In this document: one piece after another, positions 48,054 to 56,709 of the stretch
Position numbering within the stretch: position 1 is the stretch's first letter
Layout of the letters: every line of letters starts with the position of its first letter
NCBI GenBank assembly: GCA_965116905.1
Contig: OZ220732.1
Span: 1,984,001-2,048,000, forward strand
Length of the DNA stretch: 64,000 nucleotides
Direction: 5' to 3'
Origin: Longimicrobiales bacterium
GTDB taxonomy: Bacteria; Gemmatimonadota; Gemmatimonadetes; Longimicrobiales; Gaopeijiaceae
The notes under the pieces: generated by a model
The model's database searches: none
What the model was told of the DNA's origin: nothing
Seen by the model: only the letters and a program-made list of their open reading frames with translations
Translations under genes and position numbers: made by a program

Positions 48054-50999
48054 TCAATTCCCCTTCAGAATCGATTCGTAGACGATGGGCCGCAGCAGGC
48101 GGTCGACCGGGGCTCCCCCGAACGGCTGGAGCTGGGTCCAGGCAAAGGCGATGAGCTCTTCCGCCGGATCGATCCAGAAGTAGGTGTTGGCGACGCCGGA
48201 CCACCAGTAGGCGCCGTCCTCCTCGTCGGCGGGCACCGCGAATCCCAGTCCGAATCCGGTGTCGGCGAGCCCGGGTAGAATGGGGATCAGCGCCTCCGGC
48301 AGATGGTTGCGCGTCATTTCCTCGACGGTCTCCGGCTGCAAAAGTCTGACTCCGTCCAATTCCCCACCGCCGAGCAGCATCCGCGCGAAACGCAGGTAGT
48401 CGGTCGCGGTCGACGTGAGGCCTCCTCCTCCGGAGAACCAGGTGGCGGGCCGGGTGAAGGGATCGTCGCCAGGCTGTCCCGCGGGTTGCAGCCCCCGCCT
48501 CGAGATCCGGTACATCCGCGTGAAACGGTCGTGCTTCCCGGCGGTCACGTGGAACCCGGTGTCGTCCATGCCGAGGGGCTCGAAGATGCGCTCCCGGAAG
48601 AAGTCGTCCAGCGATTGGCCCGACACGACCTCCACGACGTGCCCGAGGACGTCGGTGGACATGCTGTAGATCCAGCGGTCGCCCGGATCGTCGACCAGAG
48701 GCAGCGACGCAATGACGTCGACGCGCTCCTCCAGACCCCGGCGTGCATCGGCGGAGGCGGCGTACAGCGCGCGATTGTACATCGAATCCACCGGACTGTC
48801 CCCGAAGATCCCGTAGGTCAGCCCCGATGTGTGCGTCAGGAGGTCGCGGATCAGGATGGGGCGGTCGGGGGGACGGGTGGCGCCGCCATCGTACACCGCG
48901 GCGTCGGCAAACTCGGGGATCACGCTCGCGAGCTCGTCGTCGAGGGACAGAAGCCCTTCCTCGACGAGCATCATCGCGGCGACGCTGGTGACGGGCTTGG
49001 TCATCGAGTAGATGCGGAAGATGTCGTCGGGTTCGAGCGGGTCCTCGTCGAGCACGCGCCATCCGTGGGCCTCCCAGTGCACGACCTCGCCGCGCCGCGC
49101 CAACATGGTCATGATCCCGGCGGTGCGGCCGGCGTCGATGAACTGCTGCATCGTCGGACCGATTCCGGCCAGCACCTCGCTTGAGAGGCCCACGTCCTCC
49201 GGAGCGGCGGTCGTCCACTCTGTCGAGCCGGCACCGGCTGACCCCGCCCCGGCGTCGAGGGCGAAGGTCCAGATGTAGGGCGCCCCCACCGTGGACACGC
49301 GCCCGGCCGCGACCGACACGTACTGGCGGCCGTCGATCGAATACGTGACCGGAGACCCGGCGCCGCCACCGACATCCGCGGACCACAGCTCCTGTCCCGT
49401 ACGGGCGTCGAGCGCCACCAGGTTGGAGCCGGTGGCCCAGAAGACGAGGTTGCCGCTGGTGGTCATCGTGCCGCCGTGTCCTCCACGGGCCGGGACGCGC
49501 CACACCTCCCGGTTCTCCGCGGGATCCCAGCCCAGCAACAGATTGGCAGGCCCCTTCAGTGCCGGCCGTTCCGGGCGGCTGCCGTCCGTGCCACGAGCCG
49601 TTCCGGTGTTCCACCTGCCCTGCTCGTACTCGTACGTGCCGGTCATCTCGTAGTAGTAGTTGTTGTTGGTTGCGGGCAGGTACACGAGGCCGGTCCCGGG
49701 GTTGAAGGACATGGTGTGCCAGTTGTGGGCGCCGCGTGGTCCGGGGGCCAGGTAGACGCCCCTCCCGGTCATGCCGTACCGCGCTTCCGGCGTCTCGACC
49801 GGGCGCCCGCTTTCGGGGTCCACGCCGGAGGCCCAGGTCAGGTCGTCTGCGAACGCCTCCGCGGACACGAGCTCTCCCGTGATTCGGTCGACGACGTAGA
49901 AGAAGCCGTTCTTCGGCGCCTGCACGATGACCTGCCGCTCGCGGCCGCCGATCTCGAGGTCAAGGAGCATGAGCGGCTGCGTGGCCGTGTAGTCCCAGTC
50001 GTCGCCCGGCGTCGTCTGGTAGTGCCAGACCATGGAGCCGTCATCGGCGTCCAGCGCCACAATGGCCGAAAGGTACAGGTTGTCCCCGCCGCCGGGGCTG
50101 CGGTGGTCCCGGTTCCAGGGCGACCCGTTGCCAGTGCCGATGTAGAACAGTCCCGCGGACTCGTCGTGGACCATGGCGTCCCAGACCGTTCCGCCACCAC
50201 CCGCGACCCACCACTCGCCGGTCCAGGTCTCGGCCGCCGCGCGCATCGCTTCGCTCTCGAACCCGAGCGCGGGATTCCCCGGCACCGTGTAGGTGCGCCA
50301 CAGTTGCTCCCCGGTCTCGGCGTCGTAGGCCGTGACGTAGCCGCGCACGCCGTACTCGGCGCCGCCGTTGCCGATGATCACCGCGTCCCCTGCGACCCGG
50401 GGTGCTCCCGTGATGGTGTAGTCCGAGCCGGGCGGGGTGGTCTGGGTGGTCCAGCGCACCGATCCGTCGTGGCGGTCCAGCGCCACCAGGCGGCCGTCGA
50501 GCAGCGCGGCGTAGACGAAGTTGCCGTCCACCGCGACGCCACGGTTGACGTCGCCGCAGCATGCGCGAGGCCCGCCGTGCTCGTCATCGGGAATGCCCGG
50601 ATCCCAGCGCCAGATCTCGTCGCCGGTGGCCGCGTCCAGTGCGAAAACGAAGCTGAGTGCGCCGGTAGCGTACAGCACACCGTCCACGATGAGCGGCGTG
50701 GTCTCGAGGCGGGCGCCGGTCTTGGGGATTTCCCAGCGCCACGCGAGGCCGAGTCCGCCGACGTTGTCGGTGTTGATCTGGTCGAGCGGGCTGTACCGCG
50801 TTTCGGCCGCATCGCGCCCGTGCATGGGCCACTGCGAGGCCGCCCGGCCGGTCCCGGCCTGCTGTCCGGCCACGGATGAGCCAACGGTGCTTGCGAGTGC
50901 AGCGAGAAGGCCCGCGACCGCGATCATAGTGGGCATCGCACGCGTTGTGCGCGGTGTGCGGGCGAAGGGAGGCGGTGAGGCCAGTGCTATCGGCTTCAT
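48054..50999 (-). CDS. Fusion: PQQ-dependent alcohol dehydrogenase + beta-lactamase-family serine hydrolase (start 50999 or 50936)
   Basis: RYSPLDQIN, ACCGDVNRG, GAEYGVRG, WDYTATQ, APKNGFFY; after a GAGSAGAGS linker, FRIYSMTKP, LLTHTSG, WIYS, FWIDP; single open frame. Confidence 0.9.
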   Translation of the reverse strand: MKPIALASPPPFARTPRTTRAMPTMIAVAGLLAALASTVGSSVAGQQAGTGRAASQWPMHGRDAAETRYSPLDQINTDNVGGLGLAWRWEIPKTGARLETTPLIVDGVLYATGALSFVFALDAATGDEIWRWDPGIPDDEHGGPRACCGDVNRGVAVDGNFVYAALLDGRLVALDRHDGSVRWTTQTTPPGSDYTITGAPRVAGDAVIIGNGGAEYGVRGYVTAYDAETGEQLWRTYTVPGNPALGFESEAMRAAAETWTGEWWVAGGGGTVWDAMVHDESAGLFYIGTGNGSPWNRDHRSPGGGDNLYLSAIVALDADDGSMVWHYQTTPGDDWDYTATQPLMLLDLEIGGRERQVIVQAPKNGFFYVVDRITGELVSAEAFADDLTWASGVDPESGRPVETPEARYGMTGRGVYLAPGPRGAHNWHTMSFNPGTGLVYLPATNNNYYYEMTGTYEYEQGRWNTGTARGTDGSRPERPALKGPANLLLGWDPAENREVWRVPARGGHGGTMTTSGNLVFWATGSNLVALDARTGQELWSADVGGGAGSPVTYSIDGRQYVSVAAGRVSTVGAPYIWTFALDAGAGSAGAGSTEWTTAAPEDVGLSSEVLAGIGPTMQQFIDAGRTAGIMTMLARRGEVVHWEAHGWRVLDEDPLEPDDIFRIYSMTKPVTSVAAMMLVEEGLLSLDDELASVIPEFADAAVYDGGATRPPDRPILIRDLLTHTSGLTYGIFGDSPVDSMYNRALYAASADARRGLEERVDVIASLPLVDDPGDRWIYSMSTDVLGHVVEVVSGQSLDDFFRERIFEPLGMDDTGFHVTAGKHDRFTRMYRISRRGLQPAGQPGDDPFTRPATWFSGGGGLTSTATDYLRFARMLLGGGELDGVRLLQPETVEEMTRNHLPEALIPILPGLADTGFGLGFAVPADEEDGAYWWSGVANTYFWIDPAEELIAFAWTQLQPFGGAPVDRLLRPIVYESILKGN

Positions 51000-51105
51000 G
51001 AAGGTCCCGGTCGATTGAGTGGTCTTGCGCTCGGGTCCAGGCCCGGCGCGGAACAAGATGCGCCGGGTGGCTGGATTCCGCGAATCTCCGGTATCTTTGA
51101 CCCAC

Positions 51106-51648
51106 ATGAGACCGAATGATGTGCAATCCCGCGCGGCGACGGCATGCCGCTTCTCGCCCTTCCTCGCCTGCCTGTTCCCACCGCTGGGCGCGTGCGCGGA
51201 CCAACCCGACCCGCCCGCCTTCGTGGCGGCTGCCGACTCCCGCCAGCTCATGGTCTCCGTGATTGAGCCCGCCGCCGAGACCTACTGGGACGCCGTGGGG
51301 GTGATCATGGACGAAGAGGGTACGCACGAGATCGAGCCGCGGACCCCGGAGGAGTGGGAGGCCGTCGAGAACGCCGCCTGGGTGCTGGCCGAGTCGGGCA
51401 ACCTGCTGTTGCTGGAGGATCGCGCGCAGGGCAGGGGACACTGGATCGCGATGTCCCGGGCGATGATCGAGGTCGGCGGGCGCGCGGTGGACGCGGCGGC
51501 CGCGAAGGACCCACAGGCGGTGTTCGACATGGGCGCCGAAGTCTACTTCGTGTGCACGGGGTGCCATGCGGTCTACGCTGCCGAAACCTTGCGGCCGAAC
51601 GCGCTGCCGGCTGGCGATCCACGGACCCCGGATCCACGCCGCCCGTGA
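51106..51648 (+). CDS. Class II (c'-like) cytochrome c lipoprotein
   Basis: LGAC lipobox, helical body, C-terminal CTGCH. Confidence 0.75.
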   Translation: MRPNDVQSRAATACRFSPFLACLFPPLGACADQPDPPAFVAAADSRQLMVSVIEPAAETYWDAVGVIMDEEGTHEIEPRTPEEWEAVENAAWVLAESGNLLLLEDRAQGRGHWIAMSRAMIEVGGRAVDAAAAKDPQAVFDMGAEVYFVCTGCHAVYAAETLRPNALPAGDPRTPDPRRP

Positions 51649-52202
51649 TCGAGCGCTTCCTGGGCTGGCTCGGCGAAACCTCGTGGAGCGTCGCGCTGCT
51701 GGAATCGCTGTACGTCTGGCCCCTGGTGGAATCGACGCACGTTCTTGCGCTGGGCCTGTTCGTCGGGACGACCGTCATGATGGACCTTCGTCTGGTGGGC
51801 ATCGCGTTCCGCAAGGTTCCCGTCCAGGCATTCACCGGGCGTCTCCTGCCATGGACGCACATCGGCTTCGTGATCATGGCGGTGACCGGACTCCTCCTCT
51901 TCTACTCCCAGCCGCTGCGGTACTACCACAACGTCTTCTTTCGCGTGAAGGTCGTGGTCCTGATTGCGGCCGGAATCAACGCGTTCGTCTTCCACCGGGG
52001 CGCACAGCGCCAGGCGACGAAGTGGGGGGACGACGCCGTACCGCCTCGGGCCGCGCGTGCGGCGGGCGCGGTTTCGCTGGCCGCCTGGACGGTGGTCGTC
52101 GTGACGGGCCGGCTCATCGCCTACAACTGGTTCGACTGTGACCTCCAGCCCCAGCCGGACTGGGTGAACTGGGCCGCGGGCTGCGCGGCCGGGTCGGAGT
52201 AG
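51645..52202 (+). CDS. DUF6644-like multi-TM membrane protein
   Basis: WPLVESTHVL, DLRLVG, TGLLLF, FRVK, GRLIAY; GTG start overlaps the upstream stop. Confidence 0.75.
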   Translation: MIERFLGWLGETSWSVALLESLYVWPLVESTHVLALGLFVGTTVMMDLRLVGIAFRKVPVQAFTGRLLPWTHIGFVIMAVTGLLLFYSQPLRYYHNVFFRVKVVVLIAAGINAFVFHRGAQRQATKWGDDAVPPRAARAAGAVSLAAWTVVVVTGRLIAYNWFDCDLQPQPDWVNWAAGCAAGSE

Positions 52203-52236
52203 AACCTCATGCCTGCGGTCGCCCCGGTGTAGGCCC

Positions 52237-52707
52237 GTGCTGGAGTCCTTCTTCCGCTGGTGCGAATCCACCCTGATCGGGAGGGCCGTGGCCGAATCCG
52301 TCTGGGCCTTCCCGATCCTGGAGGCGGTTCACCTGCTGGGACTCTGCATGCTGGGCGGGGCGCTGCTGGTGGTCGACCTGAGGCTGCTGGGCGCCGGACT
52401 CACCGGCCAACCGGTTGCCCGGCTCGCGCGCCACGCCCGGCGATGGCTGATCACGGCGCTTGTGATCATGGTCGCCACCGGGATCCCGCTCTTCCTCTCG
52501 GAGGCGATCAAGGCGTACTACAACACCTCATTCTGGGTGAAGATGATCACGCTGCCGGTTGCGCTCCTGTTCACCTTCGTGGTGCGCGAGCGGGTGGCGC
52601 GCGGGGAGGGCCTGGAGCCCGGCGTCCGTAGCAAGGTTGTCGGCGCGGTGTCGCTCGCGCTGTGGTTTACCGTCGCGGCTGCGGGGCGGTGGATCGGGTT
52701 TTCGTAA
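52237..52707 (+). CDS. DUF6644-like multi-TM membrane protein (paralog)
   Basis: FPILEAVHLL, DLRLLG, TGIPLF, FWVK, GRWIGF. Confidence 0.78.
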   Translation: MLESFFRWCESTLIGRAVAESVWAFPILEAVHLLGLCMLGGALLVVDLRLLGAGLTGQPVARLARHARRWLITALVIMVATGIPLFLSEAIKAYYNTSFWVKMITLPVALLFTFVVRERVARGEGLEPGVRSKVVGAVSLALWFTVAAAGRWIGFS

Positions 52708-52764
52708 TCGGGGGGCGCTGACTGCGCATGCTGGCGCTTTGGTGGCCTGTGATTCCCGTGAGGA

Positions 52765-53862
52765 TCATTTCGTCGCCAGATCCCCGCGTGCCCATTCAAG
52801 TAGCTCCCCAGCCGTCTTGCATGTGAAGACCTCAGCAGCGATCTCTGCCAGACGGTCAGAGTCCGAGATGTTCGCAAGCACCGGCAGCAGATCCTCTGCG
52901 GCACGCTGGCCGAATCTGCGAGCCACGAGGCGGCAGACCAGTTCCCGCTCGCCCTCCAAACGACCCTTCGCGAGCCCCCTCTCGAGCCCCCTCTCGAGCC
53001 ATTCTTGATTCAGCTCATCGCCCCACTGTCGCGCCCGCTCGATCAACGTCGTCATCCGTGCCTCCTCCCGGTTCCTGATTCTGAGTTCCAATGCCCGGCC
53101 CTCGGGACCGTGCCGCTGCGCCAGCACTTGGAAAACCCACTCTCTGAAGCTGTCCAGCAGCTCCTGCGCCCCCACGCGCTCCACCCATTCCCTCAGCGAC
53201 AGAGCCAGTTTTTCAAGCCGCTCTGGCGACCGGGCCCGTTCCAGCGCCGCGATCATTGAGAGCACGTTCTCCTCGGGCAGCGGCGTGGAATCGAGGCGCT
53301 GCAGCTCAATGAGAAAATACGGATGGCGCGGCCGGGATCCAAGAAGGTCGTGCGGTGTGGGGATCAGCAGTTCGAAGACATCCCTGGGTGCGGTCCAGCG
53401 GCGCTGGCCGCTGTACACGACGACCGGGAGGATGAGCGGAAAAACGCGTCCGGGCCCGAGATGGTCGGAGTCGAGGCCCATCCAGATGCCGCCCGCGTAG
53501 TTCATCATGCGGAACGCCATGCGGCGGTCGACGGTCGACTGGAACTCGAAGAGCACCAGGAGGTGAAGCCAGGTTTCGTCGAAAGTCCGGATCCTCCAGA
53601 CCATGTCGGCGTGGCGTCGGCCGAGGTGCTCGGTGACGAAGCTGGCGGGCACGCGTTCGAGGGTGGCGAAGTCGAGGCGGCGGCCCAGGTCGTCGCCGAG
53701 TTCGGGGTCACGCTCTCTGGGATCTTCGGTGGTAATCCCGGTGGCGACGTGCAGGGCGCGCAGGGTGTCCGCCACGGTGCGCCTTTGGGCGAAGAAGCTC
53801 TTGTAGGCGGCGTCGTGCTTCGGCTTGGCGGGCCGGATGGGTTCATCGGGCGTTTCGGCCAT
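52765..53862 (-). CDS. Rpn (YhgA-like) recombination-promoting nuclease / putative transposase
   Basis: HDAAYKSFF, RHADMVW, LFEFQSTVDRRMAFR, LPVVVYSG, C-terminal GLERGLAKGRLEG and RRFG. Confidence 0.9.
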   Translation of the reverse strand: MAETPDEPIRPAKPKHDAAYKSFFAQRRTVADTLRALHVATGITTEDPRERDPELGDDLGRRLDFATLERVPASFVTEHLGRRHADMVWRIRTFDETWLHLLVLFEFQSTVDRRMAFRMMNYAGGIWMGLDSDHLGPGRVFPLILPVVVYSGQRRWTAPRDVFELLIPTPHDLLGSRPRHPYFLIELQRLDSTPLPEENVLSMIAALERARSPERLEKLALSLREWVERVGAQELLDSFREWVFQVLAQRHGPEGRALELRIRNREEARMTTLIERARQWGDELNQEWLERGLERGLAKGRLEGERELVCRLVARRFGQRAAEDLLPVLANISDSDRLAEIAAEVFTCKTAGELLEWARGDLATK

Positions 53863-54086
53863 CGTCCTGGGTGCGGCTTCCATTTGGGCTGTGAAGCACC
53901 GCGGACCGGTCCTCAGTGGCTGGACCGACGTGTCCTCCGGTGGCGTGCCGGAACAGTGGACCCGAACCAGGGGCATTGGAATGCTGGGATGGGACTGATG
54001 GGTCGGGAGTGGAACGGAGGGCCGCTCCGAGACTTGTCGGACGGTCAGCTCAGGCGGCGACCGTTACACCCCCTGGACCAGACAGA

Positions 54087-54563
54087 CTAGCACCGCCCCC
54101 GCTCCCGCCGCGCCTTCAGCAGCTCCTCATCGTAGGGCGCACCTGTTCCGGACGACCCCAGGAAGATCTTGCTCCCGTCCGTGAAGGTCACGTCGCGGCC
54201 GTTCGCCCGTTTCAGCGAATGGTCCTTGGCCTGGTATCCGTCCACGATGATCTCGGTGCCGGGCTGCAGGCAATCGCGCCTGAGCCCGCGCCTCAGCAGG
54301 ACGTTCGGTGTCCCTCCCTCGACGGCCCACACCTCGGTCGATCCGTCCTCGTTGTCGATTTCGAGGTGGATCCAGGTGTGCGGGTTCACCCACTCGAGCT
54401 TCACGATGCGTCCCTGCAGGCGCACCGGCGCGTTGCGGTCGAACTCGGCCCCGAAGGCGTGATGGGCCACCAGGGGCACCGCGATCGCCGCCGACAGGAT
54501 CACGCCGCCGGCCAACATCGTCCAGACTCCAGGCGTTTTACGCATTTTACGTATTTTACGCAT
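54087..54563 (-). CDS. DUF6152-like secreted protein (start uncertain)
   Basis: Signal peptide ending PLVA, then HHAFGAEFD, WVNPHTWI, WAVEGGTP, LLRRG. Confidence 0.8.
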   Translation of the reverse strand: MRKIRKMRKTPGVWTMLAGGVILSAAIAVPLVAHHAFGAEFDRNAPVRLQGRIVKLEWVNPHTWIHLEIDNEDGSTEVWAVEGGTPNVLLRRGLRRDCLQPGTEIIVDGYQAKDHSLKRANGRDVTFTDGSKIFLGSSGTGAPYDEELLKARRERGRC

Positions 54564-54568
54564 TTTCC

Positions 54569-55681
54569 CTAATTCCCCTGATTCCTTCGCTCTTCGGCCC
54601 GCGCGCCGCGCAGGACGTTCTCGAGCGCGTAGTTCGCTTCGTGGCAGGCGTATTCGTAGACGAGCCCGTCGAGCCGCGTGAACGGCACTTCGCCGCTCCA
54701 GGGCCGCGTGAACACCAGCGGATCCTCGACCGTGAACTCGTAGTTGATGGTATGCTCGTCGGCTCTCGTGAAGCGCTCGATCACCTTGAATTCCTCCGAC
54801 GGGGCGACGCCCTGCAGCGTTTGGTTGGGATGAAGGTTGGTGGTCTCCACGACCAGCGTGTCCCCGGCCCAGTGCCCCCACGAGTCGCCCATCCACGGTC
54901 GGACGTGCTGCGGCAGGCGGTTTGGCTCACCAAGGCGGATGATCCTCACGTCGTGCACCATCTCGGTCATGATCATCACATGGTCCGGGGTCTGCACGAT
55001 CGTGTAGTTGTTGTTGTAGAAGTAGTTCGGAAGCATCGGCGGTCCCGCGTTCGATCCGAACGACATGATGCAGCGCTCGGCCAGCGGACGGTTCTCGGGG
55101 TTGTCGAAGGCGCCGAACTGGGCACGGAACCGGCGCCGCTCGGCCATCCGCTGCCGTCCCTCCTCGCTCAGCTGCGGAACCCGTCCGTTCTCCGGATCGA
55201 CCACGAGCGACGTCCTGGGCTCGCCGTTGAATACCGCGACGCGGTCGCCGGCGTCGATGAAGAAGGAGTTGTAGCCGCCAGTGCCCCCCGATGCGGCGTC
55301 GAACAGCGGGTCCCCGGTGAATACTCCGCCGACCGGCGGCGCCTCCCGGTCCGGATCGCTGTCGGCGTAGGCCTCTACCCGGGAGTCGTAGCGCCATCCC
55401 TCGATCTCGGCGACCTCTTCCCAGGTGTAGACCGGTCCCTGGTCGTCACGGCGCTGAATGGGCGTGATCGTCGCGTTGGACCAGTTGCCCTGCAGGTCGG
55501 GGTGCCCCGTCGGCGTGCGTGGGACGACCCACTCGCGCGACTCCTGGTCCCGGTCCTGCTGCTGCTCCTGGGCAGCCGCGACGCCCGGCGGGGCCAGGGC
55601 GGCGACCACGCCGACCAGCGCGAGAGCGGCGGCCATGCGCACGGCTGGTGCCGCATGGCGCGCGCGGTATTCCGCAGGCAT
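54569..55681 (-). CDS. Conserved secreted hypothetical protein
   Basis: Signal peptide; PRTPTGHPDLQGNW, ERC, MGDSWGHWAGDTLVVETTN, EYACHE. Confidence 0.8.
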   Translation of the reverse strand: MPAEYRARHAAPAVRMAAALALVGVVAALAPPGVAAAQEQQQDRDQESREWVVPRTPTGHPDLQGNWSNATITPIQRRDDQGPVYTWEEVAEIEGWRYDSRVEAYADSDPDREAPPVGGVFTGDPLFDAASGGTGGYNSFFIDAGDRVAVFNGEPRTSLVVDPENGRVPQLSEEGRQRMAERRRFRAQFGAFDNPENRPLAERCIMSFGSNAGPPMLPNYFYNNNYTIVQTPDHVMIMTEMVHDVRIIRLGEPNRLPQHVRPWMGDSWGHWAGDTLVVETTNLHPNQTLQGVAPSEEFKVIERFTRADEHTINYEFTVEDPLVFTRPWSGEVPFTRLDGLVYEYACHEANYALENVLRGARAEERRNQGN

Positions 55682-55703
55682 CGCTGCACCGGATCTCACA
55701 GGT

Positions 55704-56615
55704 CTAGCGGCGAATCGGGTTCTTGCGCAGATGTCCATACATCAACTCCTCCACGAACTCCACGCACTTGAACTGACCAAGGCGCGCGTTCGGGTCGATA
55801 TTGCGGTAGAGCGGCATCCGGATGGTCCACGGACGCGAAAACGTTTCGGGGTCGTCGAGTTCGGCCTCGTACATGATGTGATTCGGGCCGAGCATCGTGT
55901 AGCGCTCGGTGACGTGGAGCCGCGCGCTGTGGTGGTTGCCCGCGCGGTCGAGCCAGGTCTGGCCGTTGAAGCCGTTCACTTCGACGACGAAGGTGTCGCC
56001 CTCCCAGCGGCCCACCGACTGACCCATCCACGAATCGACCTGGGGCGGTCCCGGGTCTTCCAGGTAGACGTCGCGCATGGCGCCCGCGTACTCGTACGCG
56101 ATGAAGAAGCGGGCATCGCTCTGGAAGATCCGGAAGGGGAACGGCATGTAGGTCGCCCGGGGCACGCCCGGCAGGTAGCACCTGATCTCGGGGTCGCGTT
56201 CCAGCCAGAGTTCGCGGTTCTCGTCGCGGCGGACGAGCGCCTCGGGCAGGTAGGGGATTTCTCCGCCCACGACCACGCCATAGCCGGATGGGACCGACCC
56301 CACCGCACCCATCGCGAGCACCTCGTTGGCGGGTACGGGGATCACCGGACCCGGCTGCATCGCGAGCGCGGGGCGCGCGGTGTGCGGCTCGATGTCCCAG
56401 TGCGCGTTGCCGAGCGCCTGCCACAGCCCGTTCATGTCGGGTCTGCCGGAGGCGGTGCGGGGAATGGCGTCCGCCGCGGGGTCCTGCGCGAAAGCGGCAC
56501 CCGGGAGGGCGAGGGCCAGGGCCGCCAGGGTCGCCAGGATCGCCAGCGCGGCCGGGGTCGCCAGCGCGGCCGGGGTCGCCAGCGCGGCCAGCGTCAGTGT
56601 TCTCGGTCGTCTCAT
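55704..56615 (-). CDS. Conserved secreted hypothetical protein (paralog of neighbour)
   Basis: Signal peptide; PRTASGRPDMNGLW, RCYLPGVPR, MGQSVGRWEGDTFVVE, FKCVE. Confidence 0.8.
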   Translation of the reverse strand: MRRPRTLTLAALATPAALATPAALAILATLAALALALPGAAFAQDPAADAIPRTASGRPDMNGLWQALGNAHWDIEPHTARPALAMQPGPVIPVPANEVLAMGAVGSVPSGYGVVVGGEIPYLPEALVRRDENRELWLERDPEIRCYLPGVPRATYMPFPFRIFQSDARFFIAYEYAGAMRDVYLEDPGPPQVDSWMGQSVGRWEGDTFVVEVNGFNGQTWLDRAGNHHSARLHVTERYTMLGPNHIMYEAELDDPETFSRPWTIRMPLYRNIDPNARLGQFKCVEFVEELMYGHLRKNPIRR

Positions 56616-56709
56616 CACGCTCCCAATCTGCGGATTCACCCGGAGCGGGTCCAGTAACCGGACGGCGAATGCCTACCGGACGGCGAACGGTCTACCGGAC
56701 CTCGTACGT

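Noticed and set aside
54077..54090. accagacagactag resembles the TA operator at 5980-5994
   Set aside because: Short, sits at a gene 3' end, and is only weakly palindromic; likely chance
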